Shown one piece after another: positions 41,572 to 51,845 of a stretch of 64,000 nucleotides of DNA. The position numbers and the translations under genes were made by a program. The notes beneath the pieces are model-generated. The model worked only from the letters and a program-made list of their open reading frames with translations, was not told the origin of the DNA and did not search any database. Source of the DNA: Polyangiaceae bacterium (GTDB lineage Bacteria; Myxococcota_A; Polyangia; Polyangiales; Polyangiaceae); NCBI GenBank assembly GCA_044376115.1, contig JBILLK010000029.1, positions 74,795-138,794 of the forward strand. The letters are read 5' to 3'. The stretch's first letter is position 1. The number at the start of each line of letters is the position of its first letter.

Positions 41572-43173
41572 TTAGGGACGGAGCCCGAGATCGGCCAGGT
41601 ATTGGTTGAGTAAGGTCAGATCATTGGCGTGACCGCGGGCATCCTCGAGCGTGATGGCGCGAGCCCGTACCAAGTCCGAAAGATGTCGCTCGAGCGGGAT
41701 CATGCCGGTATCTCTCCCGGCCTGCATCGCCGAGCGCAAACCGCTGATCTTGCCTTCGCGAATCGAGGCCGCCACACCGGTGTTGACGCGCAGGATCTCC
41801 ATCGCGAGCACGCGACCACCAGCGCCGTGGGCGCGCGGCACGAGACGTTGGGAGAGCACCGCGCGCAACGAGTCCGCCAACATCAAGCGGATCTGCCCTT
41901 GGCGCTCGGCTGGGTAGGTATCGATGATGCGCTCAATCGCAGCCGAGGCCGAACGAGCATGCAAACTCGAGAGCACCAAGTGCCCAGTTTCGGCGGCGGT
42001 CAGCGCCAAGTGGATACTCTCGGCGTCGCGCATCTCTCCGACCAGGATCACGTCCGGATCCTCGCGCAGCGCGTCGCGCAGCCCGCTCGGGAAGTCCTTC
42101 ACGTCGCGACCGATCTGACGCTGCCTCACCAAGCTGCGCGGGCCAGGCTGGAGTACGTATTCGATCGGATCTTCGAGCGTGAGCAAGAGCACCGAACGGC
42201 GCGCCAGGATCTCGTGAATCAGTGCGGCCAAGGTCGTGCTCTTGCCGGCGCCGGTGGCGCCGGTCACGAGCACGAGCCCACTCGAAAGGTTGGCCAGGTC
42301 GTCGATCGGCAGCGGTACCCACAGGTCCGATAAAACCGGTGTGCGGGCCGAGAGCAGGCGTATCGCAGCGGAGAAACCATTCGCCGAGCGATAGACGTTC
42401 ATTCGCCCGCGTTGCCCACCCTCGAGCTCGAGCGAAAGATCCAGCGACGATTGGTGCCACAGCCGATCGAGCACCTCTTCTCCAAGCAGCGAGCGCAGCT
42501 GCTCGGAGAGCTGCACCGGCTGCGACGAGAGCTCCACCAAGCCGCCGTCCACGCGCGCCCGCGGCAGCTCTTGCTCGGCTAGGTGCACATCCGATGCGCC
42601 CAACCCGATCGCCCGCTGGACCAGCGCCATCAGCCCCTCGGCGAGCCGATAGGCGTTCTCGATCGGACGAAGCGGCGATTGCTCGCGGCTGGGAGTCGCG
42701 AGCCGCGGCTCGGCGGCGCGCTGCACCGCAGCCGATGAAAGGGTGGTACCGGCGTTGCGCGGGACGGTGGCGGTCGCGCTGGAGGTGGTTGTAGGCGCAG
42801 GCGCATCGACGGCGGGCGAGGCGGCGACCGCGACGGCGGCGGCGCCGGCTGGCCGGCCCGGCTTCTTCTTCATCACCAGCACGTCGAAGGCGAAGTCGGC
42901 TCCCGGCCGTTTGGTGAGCGTCAGCGAATAAGCGCCGGTTCCGGCAACCTCATGGTCGATCTCGAGCCGACCGAGCCGCTCGAGTTGAGCCTTGCGCTGC
43001 GGATCCAAGAGCTCCCCCAAGAGCTCGACCAACGTCGAAGTCGAGGTGGCCGGGATGGTCAGCTTTTTGGGCGTACCGCTCGCCGCCATCGAAGGCGCGC
43101 GGTCACTACCGAGCCGCAGCTCGTTTGCACCCTGCTGTTCGACGATGCGCAGAAGACTGTCGAGTTGAGGCAC
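41572..43173 (-). CDS. PilT/PilU-family retraction ATPase with extra N-terminal domain
   Basis: GASDVHL, TGATGAGKSTT, EDPIEY, ALREDPDVILVGEMRD, AETGHLV, SIREGK. Confidence 0.9.
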   Translation of the reverse strand: MPQLDSLLRIVEQQGANELRLGSDRAPSMAASGTPKKLTIPATSTSTLVELLGELLDPQRKAQLERLGRLEIDHEVAGTGAYSLTLTKRPGADFAFDVLVMKKKPGRPAGAAAVAVAASPAVDAPAPTTTSSATATVPRNAGTTLSSAAVQRAAEPRLATPSREQSPLRPIENAYRLAEGLMALVQRAIGLGASDVHLAEQELPRARVDGGLVELSSQPVQLSEQLRSLLGEEVLDRLWHQSSLDLSLELEGGQRGRMNVYRSANGFSAAIRLLSARTPVLSDLWVPLPIDDLANLSSGLVLVTGATGAGKSTTLAALIHEILARRSVLLLTLEDPIEYVLQPGPRSLVRQRQIGRDVKDFPSGLRDALREDPDVILVGEMRDAESIHLALTAAETGHLVLSSLHARSASAAIERIIDTYPAERQGQIRLMLADSLRAVLSQRLVPRAHGAGGRVLAMEILRVNTGVAASIREGKISGLRSAMQAGRDTGMIPLERHLSDLVRARAITLEDARGHANDLTLLNQYLADLGLRP

Positions 43174-43259
43174 CGGCTTTCTCGATCCCTCTTAACCCGC
43201 CGCGACGCAAGTTGTTCCGACGCTGGCCTAGCCGCTTCCCGGCAGCCGCGAGCGTGACT

Positions 43260-43763
43260 ATGGTGGCGTCCCCCGTGAGCAAAGACGACAAGAAGCCGCC
43301 GAAGATTGTGCTGATCGCGCAGAACCGTCGCGCCGGCTTCGACTACGAGCTCATGGATAAGTTCGAGGCGGGTGTTTCGCTGCTCGGCACCGAAGTGAAG
43401 ATGCTGCGCAACGGAAAGGCGGATCTTTCAGACGCTTGGGTCAGCCTCGAGAAGAGCGATGAGGCCTTTGCTCGCGGCATCAACATCCCGGTGCTCGAGG
43501 GCTCACCCTTCTCCCACGAGCCGAAGCGAGCGCGCAAACTGCTGCTCCACAAGAAGGAGATCGAGCAGCTCAAGCGCGGGATCGAGCGCGAGGGCATGAC
43601 GGTCACCGTGACCAAGATCTACTTCAAGGGCAGTCATGTCAAAGCGGAGATCGCGCTGGCGCGCGGCAAGAAGTCGTATGACAAGCGCGAGACCCTCAAG
43701 CGCAAAGAGGCCGACAAAGAGGCTCGCAAAGCCCTCTCCGACGGCATGAGGAAAGGTCGATGA
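43260..43763 (+). CDS. smpB: SsrA-binding protein
   Basis: IAQNRRA.FDY, FEAG..L.GTEVK, HEPKRARKLLLHKKEI, ARGKKSYDKRE; start may be GTG 43275. Confidence 0.95.
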   Translation: MVASPVSKDDKKPPKIVLIAQNRRAGFDYELMDKFEAGVSLLGTEVKMLRNGKADLSDAWVSLEKSDEAFARGINIPVLEGSPFSHEPKRARKLLLHKKEIEQLKRGIEREGMTVTVTKIYFKGSHVKAEIALARGKKSYDKRETLKRKEADKEARKALSDGMRKGR

Positions 43764-44068
43764 ACGAGCTCTTGGCGGTCAACTGGACGGGCGGTGGTAA
43801 CGCCCAAATCACCGTGCTGAACGACGATCACATCACGCTGCTGACGACGCGCCCGTTCGCCCCGGGTTCGCGCCCGGAGGGCACCCTCGGTGCGTCGGCC
43901 TTGCGCATGAAGACGGCGCGCTGCCGGTTGGCCAAGCCGGAGGAGCGCAGCGCCATGCCGGAGGGTGACCCGGTTTATCTGCTCGAGGGCCGTTTGCTCG
44001 ATGCCAGCCGCGCCTTTCGCACCGCGATCAGTGATGCTCTCACTCCCAAGCCCAGCGAGCCCGTATGA
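43760..44068 (+). CDS. Hypothetical protein
   Basis: ATGA overlaps with smpB and next gene; PFAPGS motif. Confidence 0.6.
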   Translation: MNELLAVNWTGGGNAQITVLNDDHITLLTTRPFAPGSRPEGTLGASALRMKTARCRLAKPEERSAMPEGDPVYLLEGRLLDASRAFRTAISDALTPKPSEPV

Positions 44069-44616
44069 CCTTTTCGTTCAATGAAGCCGAGAGCTCCGTT
44101 TACGTTGAGACCGTCTCCAAAGGCATGCTGGCCAAGCTGGCGCATGATCTTCATATCGACGTAAAAGCCAGCTCCGTCGTCGCGGAGGGCGAAGCCAGCT
44201 TCAGCGCGCAGGTTCGCCCGGAAGACCTGACGGTGAAGGGCGTACGCAAGTCCGGCCGCGTGGATACGAGCGTGCTCTCCGCCTCGGATTTGAAGGACAT
44301 TCACCAGAAGATCCGCAGCGAGGTCTTCCGCTCGCCGATTCAGGTGCGAGGCGAGGTCAGCCTTGGTGAGGCGCCCGACGGCGACGCCAAGCGCCGTTTG
44401 CCGATCCAGCTGAACCTCGAGCTTTCGGGCAAACGGATGAGCGCGCGTTTTGACGCTGAGTTCAGCTGGGAGGGCTCGAGCGTGGTTGCAAGCGGCAGCT
44501 TCCCCGTGCGGCTGCCGGCGCTGGGCATCGCTCCGCCGAAGGGGCCGATGGGCGCCTTCCGCGTGGATGACGACGTCACGGTGAAGTTCAAGCTGCGCTT
44601 CGACGTCACGGCCTAA
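44065..44616 (+). CDS. YceI-like protein
   Basis: GMLAKLAHDL, LGIAPP..GAFRVDDDVTVKF. Confidence 0.75.
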   Translation: MTFSFNEAESSVYVETVSKGMLAKLAHDLHIDVKASSVVAEGEASFSAQVRPEDLTVKGVRKSGRVDTSVLSASDLKDIHQKIRSEVFRSPIQVRGEVSLGEAPDGDAKRRLPIQLNLELSGKRMSARFDAEFSWEGSSVVASGSFPVRLPALGIAPPKGPMGAFRVDDDVTVKFKLRFDVTA

Positions 44617-44639
44617 GGCGCCTTCTACGAGGCCGCAGG

Positions 44640-46115
44640 TCACTGCACGAGCAAGACCGCCGCTTCCAATAGCGTGTCGACCCCAGCGGCGAGGTCCTCG
44701 GGGTCGTACTCGAGCGGGAGGTCGGGCTCGACCGCGGTGCCCTCGAGCGGCTCATTTGTGTCGGCGTCCACGCACCGGTTGACGTCGTAGTTGAAGAACA
44801 TTCCGGGCGGGCCCTCGAGCTCGAGCAAGCCGCCGGTTCCGCCATAAGCGCCCGCCGAGGCCTCCCCGACCAACGGCGTCGCCGTGGCCTTACGAATGGC
44901 GTACGGGAAGTAGTCGGCGGCGCTGTAGTCCAGCCCGTCCACGATCACAGCGACCTTCCCGGCGTAAGCGAACGGCCCGCCAGGCGTAACGTCGTAAATC
45001 GCATAGGGCTCATCGCTGAAGGCGGGCGGCTCCGACTGCGGGATACGCGAGGTGCAATACGATATAGCGGTAGGCGCGGCGCTGGGCATACCGCCCGCGA
45101 TGGCCAAACCGACGAGCGAGATACCACCGTAATTTCCGCGCGCATCCCAGACCAGGCCGGGCGCCTGTTTGACGGTGTCGAACTCAGCGAGGATCGCCGC
45201 TTGGAAGTTGGCGATGAACTCCTCGTAGTCCTGTTGCGTCGGGTTCGGCGGGAGCATCGCGTCGATCGGGTAGAAGCGCGGCAAGCGAATGACGGCGATG
45301 CCGTCGGGTCGCAAGGTCGCCTCGGCATTGAAGTTCAGATCGCGACCGAGGGCGTCTTGGCAGCTGATCCATTCGCCGTTGCCGGCGGGTACTTCCACGG
45401 TCGTAGGCGCGCCGCCCCGAACGGGCTGCACGGTCAACTGCGCCCCGGTCGGGACGGTACCGAAGAAGGAAGCGGCCGCCGACGCGCGCGTTCCCGAAGC
45501 CGAAGGTGATACCACGCCGCACACCGGCCGGGCCGCTGCATATTCGAGGAGCGCCGGCCCGCTCACCGCGTCTACCGCGCTGACGAGGTCTCCGGCCTGC
45601 AAGCCTAATGGGTTATTCGGCTGGGCAAAGGTGACGACGATGGCGTCCCCGCGGACTCGACCACAGACGCCGAGACGCGAGGTATTTTGAATCGGCATCT
45701 GCTCCGAGTCACAGGCAAAGTCCTCCAAATAAACGCTTTGATGCCCTTGCTCGAGCGCGCGCTGGGCGGCCCGCATAGCAAGAAAGAAGACGCCATCACT
45801 GCCGTCCCCGGCCAAGATGGTGGCGCGGCCTTGCGCTTGGATGGCCGCTCGATCGAGCGACATAGACCAGGCCGTATTGTCTGCAACTTGCTCTACATAG
45901 CTATCGAGTGAAGCGGCCTGCTCGAGTTGACGCTCGCTGGGAGCGTTGCCGCCACCGCCGCTCGAGCTGGCTCCGCCGCCGCCCGAATCGGAGCCGCCAC
46001 CACCTGCACCGCCCGAAGTCGCCGTAGCGCCTGTACCGCTGCTGCCGTCATCACCGCAGGCCAGCAGCTGGCCGACGCCGAGGAGTAGCGAGGAGACGCG
46101 GGCTCGAAGCTTCAT
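44640..46115 (-). CDS. S41 family (tail-specific protease-like) lipoprotein with PDZ-like domain
   Basis: Lipobox LLAC; GLQAGDLV, WDARGNYGG, YSAAD, VGEASAG, EGTAVEPD. Confidence 0.8.
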   Translation of the reverse strand: MKLRARVSSLLLGVGQLLACGDDGSSGTGATATSGGAGGGGSDSGGGGASSSGGGGNAPSERQLEQAASLDSYVEQVADNTAWSMSLDRAAIQAQGRATILAGDGSDGVFFLAMRAAQRALEQGHQSVYLEDFACDSEQMPIQNTSRLGVCGRVRGDAIVVTFAQPNNPLGLQAGDLVSAVDAVSGPALLEYAAARPVCGVVSPSASGTRASAAASFFGTVPTGAQLTVQPVRGGAPTTVEVPAGNGEWISCQDALGRDLNFNAEATLRPDGIAVIRLPRFYPIDAMLPPNPTQQDYEEFIANFQAAILAEFDTVKQAPGLVWDARGNYGGISLVGLAIAGGMPSAAPTAISYCTSRIPQSEPPAFSDEPYAIYDVTPGGPFAYAGKVAVIVDGLDYSAADYFPYAIRKATATPLVGEASAGAYGGTGGLLELEGPPGMFFNYDVNRCVDADTNEPLEGTAVEPDLPLEYDPEDLAAGVDTLLEAAVLLVQ

Positions 46116-46231
46116 CGCGTGGGTTTAGCACTGCGCGCGAGAAGCGCCGAAAGCGTTTTGAGCGTGTTAGCGAATTGTATCACATTGTTACGAACGCCGA
46201 CCCGATGCCGATTCACTGCTAGCCCAGGTGG

Positions 46232-46750
46232 ATGCGCTGTGTATCGATGCTCGTGCTCCTCCCGCTGACTGGCTGCACCTTCGTCAACGCCTCGGACGAT
46301 AGCGACGATGAAGACACAACCACGTTCACTGCCGAGGCAGTGCTGGAGTCGAACTCGTGCGGCAACGGTGCGCTCAACGTCGAGGAGACCGTGGCTCTGA
46401 CGATTGACCTTACGATCGAAGGTCATGACGTAATCTTCAGCGACGGCGAGCTGGAAGCAGAGGGCGAGCTCGAGGATGACGACGTCACGTTCGAGGCCGA
46501 GCAAACGACCACGGTCGACCTACGTGACGCCGGCAGCACCCTGCCCGCCTGCTCGGTCCTGCGCACCGATACCATCAGCGGCGCGCTTGACTCGGCCAGC
46601 TCCAGCTCGGCCTTCGACGCCACCTGGCGCATCCGCTACGAAGCCACCGAAGGCTCCGATTGCAGCGATCTGCTCGAGGGCGACTCGCTGGTGTTCGAGG
46701 CCCTTCCCTGCAGCGTCCGCTACGACGTCACGGCGGAGGTGGAGGAGTAG
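46232..46750 (+). CDS. Hypothetical lipoprotein (paralog of 19471..20070)
   Basis: Lipobox LTGC; EATEGSDCSD, LPCSVRY. Confidence 0.75.
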   Translation: MRCVSMLVLLPLTGCTFVNASDDSDDEDTTTFTAEAVLESNSCGNGALNVEETVALTIDLTIEGHDVIFSDGELEAEGELEDDDVTFEAEQTTTVDLRDAGSTLPACSVLRTDTISGALDSASSSSAFDATWRIRYEATEGSDCSDLLEGDSLVFEALPCSVRYDVTAEVEE

Positions 46751-46802
46751 CGCCGCTCCCTGTGGCCGTGCAGCGCCGGAAGCGAGCGACTATCCTGGGG
46801 CG

Positions 46803-47642
46803 ATGCTTGTACAAGCGCGGTTACTATTGCGTGTGGGCCTTGGGATCGCCGTGGGCGCGCTCGGCTGCGATGACGGTGGAACTGCAGGCGGCGGACGTGG
46901 CGCGGGTGGGAGCGAAGGCGGCGGCGGGGCCGGCGCAAACTCGAGCAGCGGTGGGGCCCCGAGCAGCGGCGGGGCCCCGAGCAGCGGCGGGGCCCCGAGC
47001 AGCGGTGGGGGCGGCGGAAACGCCGAGCTGCCGCTGGGCGGTCCTGAGCCGTTTGCCGAGGGCTTGCTCACGTGCACTCAACTACCGCCCGACGCGCTCA
47101 ACGCATGGTGCTGCGAAGACTTTACGGCAGTGGCACCAAGCACGGCAAACGCAGTGATCGACCTCACCGAGCTACAGCTCGAGCGCGGGACCTGCGGGAC
47201 CTACATAACCGAAGATGGCTACAACGCGCTTCCACTGCCAAGCGACCTTGCGGCCTACCCACTGAAGATCAAGCTACCCGCCCAAAACGGCGCGGACCCC
47301 GCGTGCGAGCAAGCCTGCGGCGTTGCGGGGATACCGGCGCAAACGACCTTCGGCGTGACCTTCGAGCAGCCGGCGTTTGCCCTGTTCGATCAGGGCTTGA
47401 TGCTCGCGATCTCGGTGCCACCGCCTTGGTACTTTGTCTCCGGCGGCTGCGGGAAAGGCTGCCCACATCCCTGCCTCGAGGGTTATCAGGAATACGGTGG
47501 AGCTCGCTCCTGTCTGACCATGTCGTTCCCAGGCGCCGTGGGCTTTGCCACCGATGATCCCGCGGCGCCTTCGGTCGAGGCGGTGCTTCACTTTGTGCCG
47601 TTCGCCGAGACTCCGCAGTTCTGTTGCGCGTTGGTCGAGTAG
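46803..47642 (+). CDS. Hypothetical Cys-containing lipoprotein with Gly/Ser linker
   Basis: Lipobox ALGC; SSGGAP repeats; Cys-rich domain. Confidence 0.7.
   Translation: MLVQARLLLRVGLGIAVGALGCDDGGTAGGGRGAGGSEGGGGAGANSSSGGAPSSGGAPSSGGAPSSGGGGGNAELPLGGPEPFAEGLLTCTQLPPDALNAWCCEDFTAVAPSTANAVIDLTELQLERGTCGTYITEDGYNALPLPSDLAAYPLKIKLPAQNGADPACEQACGVAGIPAQTTFGVTFEQPAFALFDQGLMLAISVPPPWYFVSGGCGKGCPHPCLEGYQEYGGARSCLTMSFPGAVGFATDDPAAPSVEAVLHFVPFAETPQFCCALVE
46944..46997 (+). repeat. 3 x 18-bp in-frame tandem repeat (SSGGAP)
   Basis: AGCAGCGGYGGGGCCCCG x3 plus a partial fourth copy. Confidence 0.85.
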
Positions 47643-47672
47643 GTAACGCGGGATCGCGGCGCGCAGAGCGGG

Positions 47673-48344
47673 TTACGGGCAGGCGCCGCCACAGGCGTAA
47701 AAGTCGCCGCCGCACGGCACCGGCTCACTGCCGTCTGCGCAATAACGGTCGCAGAGGGCGGCTCCGCCTTGGCAAGCCATGCGACAGACGCTGGCACCGC
47801 AGACTTGGGTGCAGCCCTCATAACAGGACATGTCGCATTGCTCGCCGGTGCACTCTTGCGTGCAATCTTCGTAGCAGCTCAGCTTGCAGCTTCCGCCAGA
47901 GCAGCCCTGATTGCAGCTGTCGTAGCAGTCGAGCGAGCAGCTGCTCGCGTCGCACCGCTGGACGTCGCAGAACTCATAGCAGGTCAGGTCGCAGAGCTCG
48001 GCAACACAGGATTGGTCGCAGCTGCCGTAACAATCACTCGTGCACTCAATCCCCTCGCAAGGCTGGGCACAGCCCTCGTAACAGTCCACGACGCAGAAGT
48101 CGCACGCGCAACTTTGGTCGCAGTTGTTGCCTTTGCAGTTGGCCTGACACGTCGTGCCAGACCAGCCGCCTACTCCGCTGCCGGAGCTGCCACTTGGCCC
48201 AGGGCCGGTGGTACCGCTTGAAGTGCCGGTCGAGCTGCTTGCCCCAGCGCCCGAGGTGAAGCCTGTGCTTCCACTGTCACCGTCAGACGAACTTCCGTCT
48301 TCGACCACGATGGTACTGCTGCAGGCGAGCAGCAGCACGGCCAA
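47673..48344 (-). CDS. Cys-rich repeat lipoprotein (CxxxCYxxCxQxC, ~17-aa period)
   Basis: LLLAC, Ser/Gly linker, six near-perfect repeats; start codon uncertain. Confidence 0.75.
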   Translation of the reverse strand: MAVLLLACSSTIVVEDGSSSDGDSGSTGFTSGAGASSSTGTSSGTTGPGPSGSSGSGVGGWSGTTCQANCKGNNCDQSCACDFCVVDCYEGCAQPCEGIECTSDCYGSCDQSCVAELCDLTCYEFCDVQRCDASSCSLDCYDSCNQGCSGGSCKLSCYEDCTQECTGEQCDMSCYEGCTQVCGASVCRMACQGGAALCDRYCADGSEPVPCGGDFYACGGACP

Positions 48345-48558
48345 GACCTGTACGGAACTCGGTAGCGGCCAACGAGCGCGCGACGCAGATACCGCGGAAG
48401 GGACGTAGGCGCGGCTCGAATGGGGGTGCTCATCGCTCAGCAGTGTGCCTGAAGAACCTCGAACAGCTCAATGGCTCTTCGGTTCACCGATAGAACGCGA
48501 GAAGGCCCACGTGGCCGAGGCTCGCGACAAGAGCCGTTGAAAGCCAGCCGTTGGAGCC

Positions 48559-49752
48559 TCAGGGCGAAGAACAGGTGAAGCGCTGGACCGCGAAGTTCAC
48601 CTCCTTGAGCGTTGGACTGCGCACATAGCCAACGAGCACCGTCGCGCCATCGGGCGAGGCCACCACACTGAGGCCGTTCTGCACGTAGTTCGAATCGGGG
48701 CCGGAGAGCGCCGCCTTGGTCACGTTGACCCCATCGGTGATGGCGACCTGATAGCCGCCAGCGGGGGTGCCCGCGACAAGGGCCACACCGTTCTCCTTCC
48801 AGTTCGCAAAACCGACGTCGCTCACCGTGTCCTCACCGAGCGGTTGGATCAGCTGCGAGCCCGAAGCTTCGACGCTCCATACGTCGACGCGCCATTCACC
48901 CTCGGACGTGGGCACGCGCTTGCCAGCGAACCATACGCCGCCGGCCGCTCGCGGCAGGATCGCGCTCGAGTAGAGGTTTGGCGGTGCAGGCGCGAGCGCT
49001 GTGAGCGTTGTGCCCTCCACCGTGTGAAGTGCACCGCCGGCGCTGAGCACCATCCGACCCTCAGCGTCCGCGCCGGACACTTCAGGGAATCCAGGCACCA
49101 TGAGCGTCGCGCTGGGCTCTGCCGCAGTGAGCGAGGCGTAGTAGCGCAGTTCGAGATCTTGCGACTGGTAGTAGCCCGATCCGCTCGGCTCGAGATACGC
49201 GCGTGGCCCCAGAAACCCACTCTCGAAGAAGGTGCCCGGCACGCCCCACTGCGCGCCCCAAACCTCGGTGACTCCGCTGACGATGAACGCTCGATCCGCG
49301 CGCGTGCTCAGCGAGCCCGAGGACGACCCGAGGTAGTGATCGGTGCCTGCCGAAAGTCCGGGCGGCCAGCTGGTGAAGGGATCGAGCAGACGATAGGCAA
49401 CGACGCGCGAATCCCCGTCGGCATCGAGCGTTCGGTAGACGGCCAGCAACTCATCGGCGTTGATGGCGCCGATAGCGCCGTTCATCCCGAGCGATTCTGC
49501 AGGCAACAGAAACGGGTCTCCATCCGCTTGCAACAGCTCGCATCCCGGCACCGCCGCAGGCCCGCTTCCACCCATTCCGCCGAACCCAGCGACGCCGCCG
49601 GCCCCAGCGACGCCGCCAGCCCCGGCGACGCCACCCATGCCGCTGCTCGCACCGTCTCCAGTGGCGCCACTTCCGCCCCCACCGTCCTCCACCTTCACCT
49701 CGGGGTCGCAGGCAAACAGCACCAAGGCAAGCAAGGTGTTACGATGAAGCAC
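48559..49752 (-). CDS. Hypothetical lipoprotein with GGVAGA linker
   Basis: Lipobox LFAC; repeat linker; beta-rich body. Confidence 0.7.
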   Translation of the reverse strand: MLHRNTLLALVLFACDPEVKVEDGGGGSGATGDGASSGMGGVAGAGGVAGAGGVAGFGGMGGSGPAAVPGCELLQADGDPFLLPAESLGMNGAIGAINADELLAVYRTLDADGDSRVVAYRLLDPFTSWPPGLSAGTDHYLGSSSGSLSTRADRAFIVSGVTEVWGAQWGVPGTFFESGFLGPRAYLEPSGSGYYQSQDLELRYYASLTAAEPSATLMVPGFPEVSGADAEGRMVLSAGGALHTVEGTTLTALAPAPPNLYSSAILPRAAGGVWFAGKRVPTSEGEWRVDVWSVEASGSQLIQPLGEDTVSDVGFANWKENGVALVAGTPAGGYQVAITDGVNVTKAALSGPDSNYVQNGLSVVASPDGATVLVGYVRSPTLKEVNFAVQRFTCSSP

Positions 49753-49835
49753 GTGGTCACGCTAGCGTTAGAACAAACCGTCAAGCAACGGTGGATCACC
49801 GCGATCGCGGAGCAGAGGAACACGTGGGGAGTAGC

Positions 49836-50948
49836 GTGGAGAAACGATTGAAAGGTTCGAACACGGCACATCGACATCGTGGAGTGGCGCTTGGTTCGGC
49901 CATGCTCTTCTGCCTAATCGGGTGCAAAGCGCCCCCAGCCAGTCCGCCCGCACCGACTCCGAACAACGCGAATGGCTCGCCTCAACTGGCTTCATCGGCG
50001 TTGCCCGTGTGGACCGCAACCAGCGCGTCTACCCCGCCCGTAGCAGAGAGCGCAGCGCCTCTTCCGGCGATTCCGCCGGCTCCTGTCCTGCCTGAAGCGG
50101 AGGGCGCCGCAGCGATCGTTTGGGAGGAGGACAAGACCGCAGCGGGCACCTTCACGAGCACGTTGATCGAACCGAGCGGCACCGGCTACGTCGAGGTCGC
50201 CCGCCGGAAGGATCGAGTGTTCGTCGGGCCAGACGATCTGTTCGTGCTCGACAGTCGCAAAGCGACGGCCAAGTTGTGCGACTGCATGGCGTGCAATCTC
50301 GATGCTGACACCCCCTGCAGCCGGTTCACTTCTTCGACCGTCTTGCAGCCGTTCTTGCGCAGCCTCAAGTCCGGGCGCGCCTTCGATCCGTGGAAGAGCC
50401 GCTACGGCGGACCGATGGGCTGCGACACCGAGGGCAGCAACACCGAGATCACGATCACCGGCGGCGTCGGTACCATGCTGTTCTCGAGCGTCAGCGTGAT
50501 GCACGTGTTCTGCCACGGCGCGCACCCCAATTTCGATGAAGACGCGCCCGTCCTCGATCTTGCTACACGGAAAGAGCGTGAACTCACACCTCCGCCGGAG
50601 GTGATGGCGCCGCTCATGGCGAGAGCCAAGGCCGAACTCGCCGGGGGCTGCGTGAACGCCGATGATGAACCGCAGCTCTACAGCAGCTCAGCGCGGTACG
50701 ACGCGAAGGGCGTGCTGCATGGCGTATACGACTTCACCATCGGCGCGCCTTACGTCTGCGGGACAGGGCCGGGCCATTACTCCGTCCTCTCGAGCCAAAC
50801 GAGCGACTGGATCCCGCTGGAGCTTTTGCCCTGGGGCAAGCTCCCTGGCTGGGTGGCCGCCCACCTCGAGAAGACGGGCGCAACCCAAGCTTTCATGATC
50901 CCTGCGGAGCGTTTGAAGGCCGTGAAGGCCGAGTTCAACAAGCGCTAG
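49836..50948 (+). CDS. Hypothetical lipoprotein
   Basis: Lipobox LIGC, Pro/Ala linker, CHGAHP and CGTGPGHYS motifs; start uncertain. Confidence 0.65.
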   Translation: MEKRLKGSNTAHRHRGVALGSAMLFCLIGCKAPPASPPAPTPNNANGSPQLASSALPVWTATSASTPPVAESAAPLPAIPPAPVLPEAEGAAAIVWEEDKTAAGTFTSTLIEPSGTGYVEVARRKDRVFVGPDDLFVLDSRKATAKLCDCMACNLDADTPCSRFTSSTVLQPFLRSLKSGRAFDPWKSRYGGPMGCDTEGSNTEITITGGVGTMLFSSVSVMHVFCHGAHPNFDEDAPVLDLATRKERELTPPPEVMAPLMARAKAELAGGCVNADDEPQLYSSSARYDAKGVLHGVYDFTIGAPYVCGTGPGHYSVLSSQTSDWIPLELLPWGKLPGWVAAHLEKTGATQAFMIPAERLKAVKAEFNKR

Positions 50949-50966
50949 TGCGCTGTAGTAGGTAGC

Positions 50967-51845
50967 TCAAGCCTCAAGGAACTGATCGACGCGCCGCGCG
51001 AGGTCTTCACGTGCCTCTTCGGTCGAAGGCGGGCAGTGCCGTACGCCCAACAGCATGTCGGTCTTCGCGTGCGGGAAGAGTTCGCGAGCACGCTCCACGA
51101 GCTTGGCGCCGGGAAAGGAGAGATCCTTCTCTGCGGCGATCACCAGCGTCGGCTGCGTTAGCTGCGCCGTCTGCTCGACCGTGAAGAGCGGCGGCACCCG
51201 CAGATCCAGCTTCATGTACTTCATCGCGTCAGCGAAGTAGTGGCCCCAGTCTTCATCCCAGGTCGAGAAGATCGCCAAGAAGAACTTACGCAGCCGCGCC
51301 TCGCTCGGTGCGAGCTTGTACATCATCATCGGCCAGCCAACTTGGGTGAAGCCCTCCCACGCCGAGCCGTTGACGAACCCTGCCGGCACGACGAGCACGA
51401 GCTTCTTGGCGAGCTGCGGATGAGCGACCAGACCCTTGAGCGCGACGAAGCCGCCGAGGCTGACGCCGTAAAGAATGGCCGACTCGAGCCCCAGGCCCGC
51501 GAACACATCGGCGACCCAATCAGAATAGCTGTTGTCCTTGTGCGACGGCCGCAGCTCGACGCTCTTCCACGATTGACCCACCACGTCGACAGCGTGCACA
51601 CGGTACTTGCGCAAGAGCGGAGCTGCCTCCACGAGCACGTGCGCGCTAGTTGCCATGGCGCCGTGTAGCAGCACGATGGCCGGTCCGTCCTTGGGGCCGG
51701 CGCTGCGTACTTGAGTCGGCCCGAGCCGCGTCTCAATCACCTGAGCGCTGGTTGGGAAGCGTGACTCCACCTGCGCGAGGAATTTGTCATACCAACGATC
51801 CAGCTCCACGCGCGCCGCATCACTAGCCACGAAACCTGTGCTCAT
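50967..51845 (-). CDS. Alpha/beta-fold hydrolase
   Basis: LLHG, YGVSLGG, AEKD, H near C-terminus; overlaps TetR stop. Confidence 0.88.
   Translation of the reverse strand: MSTGFVASDAARVELDRWYDKFLAQVESRFPTSAQVIETRLGPTQVRSAGPKDGPAIVLLHGAMATSAHVLVEAAPLLRKYRVHAVDVVGQSWKSVELRPSHKDNSYSDWVADVFAGLGLESAILYGVSLGGFVALKGLVAHPQLAKKLVLVVPAGFVNGSAWEGFTQVGWPMMMYKLAPSEARLRKFFLAIFSTWDEDWGHYFADAMKYMKLDLRVPPLFTVEQTAQLTQPTLVIAAEKDLSFPGAKLVERARELFPHAKTDMLLGVRHCPPSTEEAREDLARRVDQFLEA

Noticed and set aside
43170..44100. tmRNA (ssrA) beside smpB
   Set aside because: No tRNA-like ends or tag reading frame seen; flanks are tightly coding
47673..48344. RiPP (ranthipeptide-like) precursor
   Set aside because: Too long, has a lipoprotein signal, and no radical SAM or other modifying enzyme nearby
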